From an uncultured Planctomycetota bacterium (GTDB lineage: Bacteria; Planctomycetota; PLA2; JAEUHO01), in contig CAVVXN010000001.1 in assembly GCA_963752285.1 (NCBI GenBank), positions 288,001-352,000 of the forward strand: DNA of 64,000 bases, read 5' to 3'. The translations under genes and the position numbers were made by a program. This document shows, one piece after another, positions 1 through 10,009 of this stretch. Every line of letters starts with the position of its first letter. Positions within the stretch are counted from its first letter, which is position 1. Below the pieces are notes generated by a model. That model was not told the origin of the DNA. It ran no database searches and saw only the letters and a program-made list of their open reading frames with translations.

Positions 1-579
1 GTTCCCGATCGCGAGAAGGAGCCGGTGGCGCGCGTGGTCGCGCTCGCGCGCGAGGAAGACACGGTGCGTTCCCGCGACGCCGCAGCCGATCGCGCGGGCG
101 GCCGTTGCGACCGCCCCGCGCCGCGCGTCGTCCTCGTGCGCGACGACCTCGCCGAACAGGTCCTCCCGGTCCACGCCGTCGGCGAGCGCGCGGAGCAGTC
201 GAGGCGCGGCGACGAGCACGACGAGGCCCGTGCGGTCCCGCGGCACGTCGTCCTCGAGGGCGAAGCGCGGGTCCAGGTGACGGCGCGTGAGGATCCGCGA
301 GAGCGACCGGTAGCCCGCCGCGTCCTTCACGAGGAGCACGACGCGCTCGCGCGTCGTCGGGTCGTGGACCTCGGCGCCGTGGACCGCGCGGACGCCCACC
401 GTGTCGCAGGCGCCCTGGAAGAACGGGAGCGCGTGCGCCCCGTCCGTGTCGGTCAGGGCCAGCGCCGCGTGGCCCTCCGTCGCGGCGCGCGCGACGAGGA
501 GTTCGGGCGGCGCCGCGCCCGCGCCGAACGAGAAGGCGGAGTGGACGTTCAGGTGGACGAAGGGCGGCGAGGACGTCAT
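1..579 (-). CDS. dnaE2: DNA polymerase III alpha subunit, error-prone DnaE2 type; N-terminal PHP domain, truncated by the window edge
   Basis: Not in the ORF track. My translation from ATG 579 gives MTSSPPFVHLNVHSAFSFGAGAAPPELLVARAATEGHAALALTDTDGAHALPFFQGAC...VHGAEV, the typical DnaE PHP start. Lies 30 bp downstream of dinB. Confidence 0.85.
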   Translation of the reverse strand, partial: MTSSPPFVHLNVHSAFSFGAGAAPPELLVARAATEGHAALALTDTDGAHALPFFQGACDTVGVRAVHGAEVHDPTTRERVVLLVKDAAGYRSLSRILTRRHLDPRFALEDDVPRDRTGLVVLVAAPRLLRALADGVDREDLFGEVVAHEDDARRGAVATAARAIGCGVAGTHRVFLARERDHARHRLLLAIGN

Positions 580-609
580 GGCGAGGGCCCCGAGCGCCGA
601 GGAGGACGA

Positions 610-1980
610 TCAGCGCGAGCAGGCGGGGGTGTGGAGGCCAAAGCCGCGCGAGGATCGGGGCAGCCGCCCCACGAGCTCGAGCGCACGGCCGCGTACGAGC
701 GAGCCGAAGCCGTGTCGGTCGCGGACCACGTCCACGGTGCGGTCGATCCGCTCCGCGAGCGGGACGGGCGAGGCGACGTGGCTCCGGCGGGGCGAGGACG
801 GGAAGGGCAGCGCGAGCTGTCGGTCCGCGGCCGAGACGAGGTCGTGGAGGACGACGCCGACGAGCCGGAGCCGGACGCGACGGTCGTAGCGCTGCCGCCA
901 GAGCTCGCTCACGATCCCGAGGATCTCGTCGTCGATGTCGGAGGGACGCGGGAGCCGGCGTCGCGCCTCCACGGTCTTGAAGTCGGCGTAGCGGATCCGA
1001 ACGCCGACCGACCGTGCGAGGAAGCCCGCGCCGCGCAGCGCCTTCGTGGCGCGTTGCGCGAGGTAGGAGAGCATCCCGTCGATCAGCGCGGGGTCGTCGG
1101 TGTCGTGCGCGAAGGAGGTCTCGCGCGAGATCGAGCGCGTGCGCGGCCGCGCGTCGCCGACCGGGACCTCGTCTTCGGCGGCCTCGATCCCGCGCGCGCG
1201 GCGCGAGAGGACGACGCCCCCCGCGCCGAAGGTCTCCTGGAGAACCTCCTCGGGGACCTCGGCGAGGTCGCCCACGGTGTGCAGGTTGAACCGCGCGAGG
1301 TCCAGGCGGAGACGGGGCCCCACGCCGGGCAGCACCTCGATCGGCAGCGCCGCGAGGAACGCCCGCTCCTCTCCCCGGCGGACCTCGACCACGCCGGACG
1401 GCTTCGCGAGGGAGGCGGCGATCTTCGCGACCGCGCGCGTCGCCCCGATGCCGATGGACACGGTGAGGCCCGTCGTCTCGAGGACCGTCGCGTGCATCTT
1501 CCGCGCCGCGTCGAGACAGGAGCGGTGGTGTCGGTCGAGGCCGCCCATGTCGAGGTAGGCCTCGTCGAGCGACACCGCCTCGACGCGGGGCGTGAAGCCG
1601 AAGAGGAGGTCGAGGACCGTCCGCGAGGCCGCGGCGTAGGCCGCGTGGTGGCCGGGGACGAACCGCGTCTCCGCCGGGAGGAGCGCGGCGGCGCGCGCGA
1701 GGGGCATGCCCGCGCGGACGCCGAAGGCCCGGGCCTCGTAGGAGGCGCAGGCGACGACCCCGCGATCGCCGGGTCCTCCGCCGACGACCACCGGACGGCC
1801 GCGAAGCGAGGGGTTGCGGACCCGCTCGACGGAGACGAAGAAGGCGTCGAGGTCCACGAGGAATACGTCGCCGGGCGGCCGGCGGGGCCGGTGGGCGCGG
1901 CAAAGAGGCGGGGCGGGGGACGGAGGAGGCGGAGACGGAGCCCGGACCGGGGGGAACGGGGGGACTGCGCGGTGGCGCAT
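610..1980 (-). CDS. dinB: Y-family DNA polymerase IV (DinB-like)
   Basis: VDLDAFFVSVE, ASYEARAFGVRAGM, SLDEAYLD, AKIAASLAKPSG, SISRETSF, and QLALPF clamp-like motif. ATG 1980 chosen because it lies downstream of the promoter at 2021-2049. Confidence 0.93.
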   Translation of the reverse strand: MRHRAVPPFPPVRAPSPPPPSPAPPLCRAHRPRRPPGDVFLVDLDAFFVSVERVRNPSLRGRPVVVGGGPGDRGVVACASYEARAFGVRAGMPLARAAALLPAETRFVPGHHAAYAAASRTVLDLLFGFTPRVEAVSLDEAYLDMGGLDRHHRSCLDAARKMHATVLETTGLTVSIGIGATRAVAKIAASLAKPSGVVEVRRGEERAFLAALPIEVLPGVGPRLRLDLARFNLHTVGDLAEVPEEVLQETFGAGGVVLSRRARGIEAAEDEVPVGDARPRTRSISRETSFAHDTDDPALIDGMLSYLAQRATKALRGAGFLARSVGVRIRYADFKTVEARRRLPRPSDIDDEILGIVSELWRQRYDRRVRLRLVGVVLHDLVSAADRQLALPFPSSPRRSHVASPVPLAERIDRTVDVVRDRHGFGSLVRGRALELVGRLPRSSRGFGLHTPACSR

Positions 1981-2020
1981 GGCGGACCTTCGAACGCGCG
2001 CCCTTCTCGACGCGAGGCCG

Positions 2021-2049
2021 ATGATAGGCAAACAAGAAACGAACGTCAA
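2021..2049 (-). promoter_or_regulatory. sigma70-type promoter TTGACG-N17-TATCAT with an embedded GTTC-N7-GTTT putative LexA box (2030-2044)
   Basis: Minus strand reads TTGACGTTCGTTTCTTGTTTGCCTATCAT, an AT-rich island 40 bp upstream of the dinB ATG. Confidence 0.75.
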
Positions 2050-2198
2050 GGGGGTTCGTCGGCGTCGTCCGGAACCGGGGCGAAGGGAGTGCAAAGGCAA
2101 GGGGGCCAGGAGATTGCGGCCTTGCGGACCAGGTGGGAGGATCAGGGGCTCGGGGGGCCGTTCCGAAGCCGGGTCGCGGCGCCCGGGGAGGAGAGAAG

Positions 2199-3806
2199 AT
2201 GCGACGAGTCCTCGTGCTGCTGGCGGCCCTGGCGGGGGCCGCGTTCGGCCTGGAGGCGTGCGGCGGGAGCGGCGGCGGGGGGGGCGTGGCCCCGAACACC
2301 CGGCGCGGCGCGTCGGTGATCGCGCTGCCGTTCCTCCCGAGCGCGGCCGGCGAGACCCTGACGCTCGGCCTCACGAACCTCGCCTCGTCGCCGGCCCCGG
2401 TGACCGTCACCGCCTTCCACGCGGCGGGCGGCGCGTACGGTCCGGGCGCGGTGCCGATCCTCCTCCCCGCGAACGGCGCGGAGGAGCTCTCCCTCTCGAC
2501 GTTCACGGGACTCGGAGGATCCGCGGGCGGCTGGCTCCAGGTGGACACGCGCGACGTGGGCACGCTCGACCCGGTGACCGGCGTGCCCGTGTCGGTCTCC
2601 ACGACCGGGCTCGTGACCGCCGTCATGATGCGGTCGATCGGCTCGACCGAGACCGACGCGGCGGCGGGCCTGGCGCCGCGCGGCGACCGGGCGGAGGTCA
2701 CGGTCGACGAGCACACGATCGACGTCCAGGTCGTGAACCTGAGCTACGTGCCGATGGCCGGCGGCGCCATCCGGACCGCGGCGGACTTCGACGTGGTGAT
2801 CTACGACGAGTCCGGCGGGATCTCGGACGCGGGGACGGTCAACGTGCCGGCGTCGGGCGCCTTCTCGATCGACCCGGGCCTGCTCCAGCTCGGGCAGGTG
2901 CAGATCGTCCCGACGCCCGCGCCCGGACAGTCGGCGCCCGCGGGCACCGTCTTCCGATTCGGCATCGCCGCGCTCGAGGACGACCCGCAGGTCCTGATCG
3001 AGACGCGTTATCTCGAGCCCGCCGAGGCGAACGCGGCGCAGCTCGACGTGGCGTTCGACCTCCGGTTCGGGACCGACGCGGCGGGCAACGTGTACGACTT
3101 CGGGATCTACCTCGCGAACCCCTCGCCGACCTCGACCTCGGTCACCGTGAACCAGATCCGCACGGCCGGGGGCGCTCCCCTCCTGGCGTCGCCGAGGATC
3201 GTGACGCTGGCCGGCCACGCCGCGAAGTTCGAGTCCACGACCACGGTCGAGTCCCTCGGGCTCGACGCCGGAGAGCAGAGCGTCTTCAACGACATCTTCG
3301 GGAACGTGGATCTCGCGGTCGGCATGGCCGAGGTGTCGGTGCAGCTCTCCATCCCGCGCGGCGTGAACGTCACGGCCCGCGACTACGACTCGCGCTTCAA
3401 GGCGTACCGCCGAATCCTCGCCGCGTACCGCCTCTCCACGTCCGTGGCGATCCCGAACATGGAGGTCGAGCCCTTCACCACCACGGGCGTCAAGAACGAG
3501 GCGGTGTTCACGAACCGCCAGACCGGGTCGGTGACGCTCAACGTCCGGGCCTTCACGCCGGGCGGCACGCAGTACCAGCTCCCCTCGGTCGTGCTTCCCG
3601 GGCTCACCCAGGTGCGGTGGTCCCCCGACGGACAGATCTTCCGCGAGGACCCCACCGACACCACGTCCCCGCCCGTGCCCTTCATGACCTTCTTCTTCAG
3701 CACGAGCGGCGGCACGTTCTTCGACGGTCTCCGCACGCGCGTGGACGCCACGGACCTGATCTTCTTCGTCCGTCCCTATGCGGTGTACGACCTGCGGCAG
3801 GAGTGA
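2199..3806 (+). CDS. Putative lipoprotein with about four beta-sandwich-like repeats
   Basis: GGAGGAG RBS; signal MRRVLVLLAALAGAAFGLEA-C followed by a Gly linker; GC3-rich coding bias. Confidence 0.8.
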   Translation: MRRVLVLLAALAGAAFGLEACGGSGGGGGVAPNTRRGASVIALPFLPSAAGETLTLGLTNLASSPAPVTVTAFHAAGGAYGPGAVPILLPANGAEELSLSTFTGLGGSAGGWLQVDTRDVGTLDPVTGVPVSVSTTGLVTAVMMRSIGSTETDAAAGLAPRGDRAEVTVDEHTIDVQVVNLSYVPMAGGAIRTAADFDVVIYDESGGISDAGTVNVPASGAFSIDPGLLQLGQVQIVPTPAPGQSAPAGTVFRFGIAALEDDPQVLIETRYLEPAEANAAQLDVAFDLRFGTDAAGNVYDFGIYLANPSPTSTSVTVNQIRTAGGAPLLASPRIVTLAGHAAKFESTTTVESLGLDAGEQSVFNDIFGNVDLAVGMAEVSVQLSIPRGVNVTARDYDSRFKAYRRILAAYRLSTSVAIPNMEVEPFTTTGVKNEAVFTNRQTGSVTLNVRAFTPGGTQYQLPSVVLPGLTQVRWSPDGQIFREDPTDTTSPPVPFMTFFFSTSGGTFFDGLRTRVDATDLIFFVRPYAVYDLRQE

Positions 3807-3824
3807 CGCACGTACGGGGACCGC

Positions 3825-4403
3825 ACGACGGACGACGCGACGACCTCGGTCTCTACGGCGCGCGCCGGCGAGGTCCGCCTCCGTCCGCTCACGCGGGACG
3901 ACGACCTCGTCGAGCTGACGGACCTGCTCCACCGCGCGTACGGGGCCCTCGCGGCGCGCGGCTGGAACTACACCGCGGCCACGCAGGACGTGGAGGTCAC
4001 GCGCGAACGCGCGGGCGAGGGGACGTGCGTCGTCCTGGAGCTCGGGGGGCGCCTCGTGGGGACGGTGACGGTCCGTCCCGGCCACCGCCGGTCCGCGTCG
4101 CGGACGTATCGCACGGAGGGGACGTGGTCGTTCGGCCAGCTCGCGGTGGAGCCGGGTCTCCAGGGCCTGGGCCTCGGCGACCGTCTCCTCGAGGAGGTCG
4201 AGCGCCTCGCCCGAGCGACCGGCGCCACGGTGCTCGCCTGCGACACCGCCGCGCCCGCGCGCCGGCTCGTCGCGTGGTACGTCCGCCGGGGCTACCGTGA
4301 GGTCGAGCGCGTCCGCTGGGACGGCAAGACGTACGAGAGCCTGATCCTCGCGAAGCCCCTCGCCCCGCCGCTCAGCCGGCTTCGGTCCGAACGATCACGG
4401 TGA
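3825..4403 (+). CDS. GNAT family N-acetyltransferase (start uncertain)
   Basis: LTDLLHRAY, GRLVGTVTV, QLAVEPGLQGLGLGDRLL (acetyl-CoA motif A), WYVRRGY. Homologous-looking sequence extends upstream of the GTG at 3990. Confidence 0.8.
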   Translation, partial: TTDDATTSVSTARAGEVRLRPLTRDDDLVELTDLLHRAYGALAARGWNYTAATQDVEVTRERAGEGTCVVLELGGRLVGTVTVRPGHRRSASRTYRTEGTWSFGQLAVEPGLQGLGLGDRLLEEVERLARATGATVLACDTAAPARRLVAWYVRRGYREVERVRWDGKTYESLILAKPLAPPLSRLRSERSR

Positions 4404-4705
4404 ACCGGATCGGCCTCCTTCGCGATCCGCGAGCGGCGCCGGAAGCGGACCGCGCCCTCTCGCGACCGGCTGCCCGCGCGGAGCCACCGGATCGGCCTGG
4501 AAGGGCAGGACGGGGCGGATCCCGAGGCTCCTCGGCGCCGGCCGGATTCGTCGTCCCCACGCGCAGAACGGACCGCGTAGGCGCTACCGGGTCGTGACGT
4601 CGCGGGGTCGGGTGGTGTCGCCTCGCGCCGCGGAGTCGAGGATTCGGAGGGCCCGCGTCGGGCACCCGCCTTGCGCCGGGACCCGGGTCGCGCGGAGGTT
4701 CCAGC

Positions 4706-6946
4706 ATGCGTCCCGGCCGCCTTGCTCTCTCCCTGTTCACCACGCTCCTCGCCTCCTCGCTCGTCGCGGCCGAGTCCGCGCGCGCCGAGGGTCTGCTCGT
4801 CGGGCGGTCGGTGGACGGCCGCTTTGTGCCCGACGCGGGAGGCGCCGCGGGGCCCATCGCCCTCGCGTCGCGCCACGTGACCGTGTCGATCGACGGGCCG
4901 GTCGCCTCCGTGACGGTGGACCAGCGGTTCGAGAACCGGACCGATCGGCGGCTCGAGGCGGACTACCTCTTTCCGCTCCCCGAGGGCGCGGCGCTCTCGG
5001 GCTTCGCCATGACGCTCGGCGGTCGGAAGGTCGAGGGCGAGGTGATGGACGCCGCCGCGGCGCGACAGGTCTACGAGAGCATCGTGCGGCGGCGCCGCGA
5101 CCCCGGTCTCCTCGAGTACCTCGGCCGAGGCCTGTTCCGCGCGCGCGTGTTCCCGATCGAGCCCCGCGGCGCCGTGGAGGTCCGGCTCTCGTTCCAGCAA
5201 GTCCTCCCCGACGACGACGGCACCCTCGAGCTCCGCTATCCGCTCGCCGTCCGCGGCGCCGACGCGGCGACGGGCGAGGTGGTGGTCGACGTGACCGCGA
5301 AGGAGCCCGTCCCGATCCGCGCGGTCTACAGCCCGTCCCATCCGGTGGCGGTCGTCCGCCGGAGCGAGACGGAGGTCCGCGCCACGTTCGAGTCCACCGG
5401 GCCCTCGTCGCGCGACTTCCTCCTCTACGTCGGCCGGAGCCACGAGGACGTCGGGTTCTCGGTGGTGAGCGAGAAGCCGGCCGGCGCGGACGGGACGTTC
5501 CTCGCGATCCTCGCGCCCTCCCCGAAGGCGCCCACGGAGCCGGTGCCGAAGGACGTGGTGTTCGTGCTCGACACGAGCGGCTCGATGGAGGACGACGGGA
5601 AGATCGACCAGGCGCGCCGTGCACTCTCCTACGGTCTGGGGCTGCTCCGGCCGGAAGACCGCTTCGCCCTCGTCGCGTTCTCCATCCAGCCCCGCACCTT
5701 CCGCGCCGCCCTCCTCCCCGCGAGTCCCGAGAACCGGGACGCGGCCCGGGCCTGGCTCGACGGCCTCCGCGCAGAGGGCGGCACCGACCTCGCCGGCGGG
5801 CTCGTGACGGCGCTCGGAATGGTGGACGCGAAACGGATGTCGATGCTCGTCCTCCTGAGCGACGGCCGGCCGACGGTCGGCGTCACCGCGCCCGATGCGG
5901 TCGTGAAGGCGGTGCGCGACGCGGACGCGCGCCACGCGCGCGTCTTCACGTTCGGCGTGGGCTTCGACCTCGACGTCCAGCTCCTCGACCGCATCGCCGA
6001 GACGACGCGCGGCGCCCGCGACTACGTCCAGCCGAGGGAGGAGCTCGAGATCGCCACGAGTCGCTTCTTCCGCAAGGTCGTGGACCCCGTGCTGACGGAC
6101 GTCCGCGTGGACCTCGGCGAGGGCGCGTACGACGTGTACCCGACCGAGATCCCCGACCTCTTCTCGGGCGGCGAGGTCGTGCTCATGGGGCGCTACCACG
6201 AGGCGGGACCGCGGCGCATCGTGCTGCGCGGCCGCGCCGGCGACCTGGAGGTGGCGCACACGTACGAGGTGCGATTCCGCGCCGACGAGAAGGCCCCGTT
6301 CCTCCCGCGCCTGTGGGCGCAGCGCAAGGTCGCGTACCTCCTCGACGAGATCCGACTCCACGGAGACGAGCCCGAGCTCGTGCAGTCCGTGAAGGAGCTC
6401 GGCGTCGCGTACGCGATCGTCACGCCCTACACCGCGAACCTCGTGACCGACGACGCCGAGCTCGGAAGCTCGAGCGCCCGGCCGACACCGCCCGCGCACC
6501 ACGGCCTCGGCGGCCCCTTCCGCGCCCCCGGCGGCACGGTCCCGCCCGGGCTGCGCCGGCCGAGCGACCCGACGCCGGCGCCCCCGTCGCCGCCGAGCGC
6601 ACCGTCGCCCGCCGGGCCGACGACGCCGACGGTCCCGCCGCCGGCGACGACGCCCGCCTCGCGTCCGACCGACGTCTCGAAGCGCATCCGCGACGCCAAG
6701 GAGCGCGCGCGCGAGGGCGAGGACGCGAACGTCCGGACGGCCGGAGGCCACACCTTCGTCTTCCGCGGCGGGCGCTGGGTGGACACGAACTTCGACGAGA
6801 AGGCGAAACCGATCCGCGTCGTGGCGTTCTCCGACGCCTGGACCGAGCTCCTCCGAGAGGACGTGCGGATCGCGGCGATCCTCGCGCTCGGCGACCGGGT
6901 CGACTTCGTGTGGAGGGACCAGGCGTACCGCGTCGAGCCCGAGTGA
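4706..6946 (+). CDS. Secreted VIT and vWA domain protein
   Basis: Signal peptide; VIT (VDQRFENRTDRRLEADYLFPLPEGA); vWA MIDAS DTSGS, GGT, LSDG; Pro-rich linker. Confidence 0.88.
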   Translation: MRPGRLALSLFTTLLASSLVAAESARAEGLLVGRSVDGRFVPDAGGAAGPIALASRHVTVSIDGPVASVTVDQRFENRTDRRLEADYLFPLPEGAALSGFAMTLGGRKVEGEVMDAAAARQVYESIVRRRRDPGLLEYLGRGLFRARVFPIEPRGAVEVRLSFQQVLPDDDGTLELRYPLAVRGADAATGEVVVDVTAKEPVPIRAVYSPSHPVAVVRRSETEVRATFESTGPSSRDFLLYVGRSHEDVGFSVVSEKPAGADGTFLAILAPSPKAPTEPVPKDVVFVLDTSGSMEDDGKIDQARRALSYGLGLLRPEDRFALVAFSIQPRTFRAALLPASPENRDAARAWLDGLRAEGGTDLAGGLVTALGMVDAKRMSMLVLLSDGRPTVGVTAPDAVVKAVRDADARHARVFTFGVGFDLDVQLLDRIAETTRGARDYVQPREELEIATSRFFRKVVDPVLTDVRVDLGEGAYDVYPTEIPDLFSGGEVVLMGRYHEAGPRRIVLRGRAGDLEVAHTYEVRFRADEKAPFLPRLWAQRKVAYLLDEIRLHGDEPELVQSVKELGVAYAIVTPYTANLVTDDAELGSSSARPTPPAHHGLGGPFRAPGGTVPPGLRRPSDPTPAPPSPPSAPSPAGPTTPTVPPPATTPASRPTDVSKRIRDAKERAREGEDANVRTAGGHTFVFRGGRWVDTNFDEKAKPIRVVAFSDAWTELLREDVRIAAILALGDRVDFVWRDQAYRVEPE

Positions 6947-6959
6947 GGCCGCGCCGCCG

Positions 6960-8435
6960 TCAGGTCAGGGCGCGGCGCACGGCCGCGAGCCAGCGCGCGC
7001 GGTGGGACGCCGCCTCGGCCTCGCTCATCTCGGGCTCGAAGCGGCGGTCCACCGCCCAGCGTCGGGCCACCTCGGAGCGGTCCTTCCACACGCCGACGGC
7101 GAGGCCGGCCAGATAGGCCGCGCCGAGGGCCGTCGTCTCCGTCACCCTCGGGCGCACGACGGGCACCTGGAGGAAATCGGCCTGCATCTGGAGGAGCAGG
7201 TCGTCCCGCGCCGCGCCGCCGTCGACGCGCAGCTCCGCGAGCGGGATCTTCGTGTCGGCCGTCATCGCGTCGGCGACGTCCGCGACCTGGAGCGCGATCG
7301 ACTCGAGCGCCGCGCGCGCGAGGTGCGCCCGCGTCGTCCCGCGTGTGATCCCCGTCAAGAGCCCCCGCGCGTCGGGCGCCCAGTGCGGCGCGCCGAGGCC
7401 CGTGAAGGCCGGGACGAGCACGACCCCGCCCGTGTCGGGCACCGACCGCGCGAGGGCCTCGACGTCCGCGGCCTTCGCCACGATCCCCAGCCCGTCGCGA
7501 AGCCACTGCACCACCGAGCCTCCCGCGAACACGCTGCCCTCGAGCGCGTGCTCCGTCCGTCCCTCGATGCGCCACGCGACGGTCGTGAGGAGACGCTTCG
7601 TGGACCGCGGCGCGTCCGTACCGGTCTGGAGCAGGAGGAAGCAGCCCGTCCCGTACGTGTTCTTCGCCTGCCCCTTCTCGAAGCAGGCCTCGCCGAAGAG
7701 CGCGGCCTGCTGGTCGCCGGCGATCCCCGCGATCGGGATTCCGGCGAGCCCCTCGGCGGTCGTCTCGGCGAGCACGCCCGAGGAGGAGACGACCTTCGGC
7801 AAGGTCGACGTCGGCACGCGGAGGAGCTCGGCGAGCTCCTCGCTCCACCCGTCCGTCTCCAGGTCGTAGAGGAGCGTCCGCGAGGCGTTGCTCGCGTCCG
7901 TCGCGTGGACGCGTCCGCCGGTCAGGCGCCACACGAGCCAGGCGTCGATCGTCCCGAAGCAGAGCTCGCCGGCCTCGGCGCGGGCCCGCGCGCCGTCCAC
8001 GTGGTCGAGGATCCAGGCCACCTTCGTGGCCGAGAAGTACGGGTCGGCCCGAAGCCCCGTGCGGGCCTGGAGGAGCGGCTCCTGCCCCCCGGCCACGAGA
8101 TCGGCGCAGACGCGCGCCGTCCGCCGGTCCTGCCACACGATCGCGGGGTGGATCGGGCGGCCCGTGTCGCGCTCCCACACGACCGCGGTCTCCCGCTGAT
8201 TCGTGATGCCGAGCGCCGCGACGTCCCCCGGGCGAAGACCGGCCTTCCCGAGCGCCGCCACGGCCGTCCGGAGCTGGCCCGTCCAGATCGCCTCCGGGTC
8301 GTGCTCCACCCAGCCGGGCGCGGGGAAGCGCTGGGGGAGCTCCTCCTGGGCCACGGCCACGGCCCGGGCGTCGGCGTCGAAGACGATCGCGCGGCTGCTC
8401 GTCGTTCCCTGGTCGAGCGCGAGGACGTACGACAC
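6960..8435 (-). CDS. glpK: Glycerol kinase
   Basis: GTG start with [66 protein letters not shown]. Confidence 0.97.
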   Translation of the reverse strand: MSYVLALDQGTTSSRAIVFDADARAVAVAQEELPQRFPAPGWVEHDPEAIWTGQLRTAVAALGKAGLRPGDVAALGITNQRETAVVWERDTGRPIHPAIVWQDRRTARVCADLVAGGQEPLLQARTGLRADPYFSATKVAWILDHVDGARARAEAGELCFGTIDAWLVWRLTGGRVHATDASNASRTLLYDLETDGWSEELAELLRVPTSTLPKVVSSSGVLAETTAEGLAGIPIAGIAGDQQAALFGEACFEKGQAKNTYGTGCFLLLQTGTDAPRSTKRLLTTVAWRIEGRTEHALEGSVFAGGSVVQWLRDGLGIVAKAADVEALARSVPDTGGVVLVPAFTGLGAPHWAPDARGLLTGITRGTTRAHLARAALESIALQVADVADAMTADTKIPLAELRVDGGAARDDLLLQMQADFLQVPVVRPRVTETTALGAAYLAGLAVGVWKDRSEVARRWAVDRRFEPEMSEAEAASHRARWLAAVRRALT

Positions 8436-8446
8436 GCGACCCTCCC

Positions 8447-10009
8447 TCACCCGAGGACGTAGCCGCGCGCGTTCGCGCAAAAGGCCGAGACTTCCGCCTC
8501 CGCCCACGCGCCGTCCCGCCCGAGCTCCCGGGCGAGGATCGCCGCGACGCGCGGCGCCGCCTCCATGGCCGCCCGCGCGTCGAGCAGGAGCGACCGGGTC
8601 CGCCGCGCGAGCACGTCGTCCACCGTGCGCGCCATCTCCTCGCGCGCCGCCCAGACGACCTCGGCGAGGACGACCGGCAGCCGCGGGTGGAGCCGCTCCG
8701 CGAGGGTGGGATCGGCCGTCGCGAGCGCGAGCACGTCCTCCGCGTCCGAGCCGTACACCGCGAGGTCCCCGTGGCGGTCGGCGTGCTCGTCCCACCCGTG
8801 GACGTCGAGGTGCTCGGTCGGGCACGGCCGCGGCTCGAGGTCGGCGAGGCACGCCGCGTGGTCCACGACGTCCTGGGCCATCCGGCGGTACGTCGTCCAC
8901 TTCCCTCCCGCGACCGTGACCAGCCCGCCCGCCGAGACCTCGATCGTGTGCTCGCGCGAGAGCGTCGCCGTGCGGCCGTCCTCGCCGTCCGACACGAGCG
9001 GCCGGATGCCCACGAAGACCGACAGCACGTCGGCGGGCGAGGGGTCCTTCGCGAGGTACCTCGCCGCGGTCGAGAGCAGGAACTCGATCTCCTCCTCGTG
9101 CGGCCGGGGCTCGAGCACGACCTCGTCGATCGGCGTGTCCGTCGTCCCGACGACGACCCGTCCGTGCCACGGAATCGCGAAGAGCACGCGCCGGTCCTCC
9201 GTGCGCGGGACCATGATCGCCGCGTCGCCGGGCAGGAACGCGCGGTCGAGGACGAGGTGCACGCCCTGGCTCGGCCGGATGATCGGCGCGGCACGGGGGT
9301 CGTCCATCCGGCGTACGCCGTCGGCGAACGCGCCCGTCGCGTTCACGACGCAGCGCGCGTAGACGGTCAACTCCTCGCCCGTCTCTTCGTCGCGCGCGCG
9401 CACGCCCTCGACGAGCCCGGCCGACGACTTGAGGAGGCCCGTGACCCGCACGTAGCTCGCGAGGATCGCGCCCCGCTCCGCGGCGGTCCGTGCGAGGTGC
9501 ACGAGGAGGCGGCTGTCGTCGAAGAGCGCGTCGTGGTACACGACGCCGCCCCGCAGGCCCTGGGTCTCGATCGTCGGGATGCGTCGGTGGACCTCTTCCT
9601 TCGAGAGGAGGTGGCTCGGCCCGAACCCGTACCGCCCCGCGAGGACGTCGTAGACCTTCATCCCGATGCCGTAGAACGGCGCCTCCCACCACTCGTAGCT
9701 CGGCACCACGAACGCGAGGTCCCGGACGAGGTGCGGAGCGTTCCGGCGCAGGATCCCCCGCTCCTCGAGCGCCTCCTTCACGAGCGAGATGTTGCCCTGG
9801 CGGAGGTACCGCACGCCGCCGTGCACGAGCTTCGTGCTCCGGCTGGAGGTGCCCTTTCCGAAGTCGCTCTGCTCGAGCAGCGCGACGCGGTAGCCGCGCG
9901 CCGCGGCATCGACCGCGGCGCCGACCCCGGTGGCGCCGCCGCCCACGACGACGAGGTCGAACGCGTGGGTCTCGGACCGGAGGCGTTCGAGCATCTCCTC
10001 GCGGTTCAC
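8447..10009 (-). CDS. glpD: FAD-dependent glycerol-3-phosphate dehydrogenase
   Basis: [37 protein letters not shown] start overlaps the upstream stop (GTGA). Confidence 0.95.
   Translation of the reverse strand: MNREEMLERLRSETHAFDLVVVGGGATGVGAAVDAAARGYRVALLEQSDFGKGTSSRSTKLVHGGVRYLRQGNISLVKEALEERGILRRNAPHLVRDLAFVVPSYEWWEAPFYGIGMKVYDVLAGRYGFGPSHLLSKEEVHRRIPTIETQGLRGGVVYHDALFDDSRLLVHLARTAAERGAILASYVRVTGLLKSSAGLVEGVRARDEETGEELTVYARCVVNATGAFADGVRRMDDPRAAPIIRPSQGVHLVLDRAFLPGDAAIMVPRTEDRRVLFAIPWHGRVVVGTTDTPIDEVVLEPRPHEEEIEFLLSTAARYLAKDPSPADVLSVFVGIRPLVSDGEDGRTATLSREHTIEVSAGGLVTVAGGKWTTYRRMAQDVVDHAACLADLEPRPCPTEHLDVHGWDEHADRHGDLAVYGSDAEDVLALATADPTLAERLHPRLPVVLAEVVWAAREEMARTVDDVLARRTRSLLLDARAAMEAAPRVAAILARELGRDGAWAEAEVSAFCANARGYVLG

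Noticed and set aside
4404..4498. 13-bp direct repeat ACCGGATCGGCCT at 4404 and 4486
   Set aside because: Only two copies in GC-rich DNA, with no array or element structure; plausibly chance.
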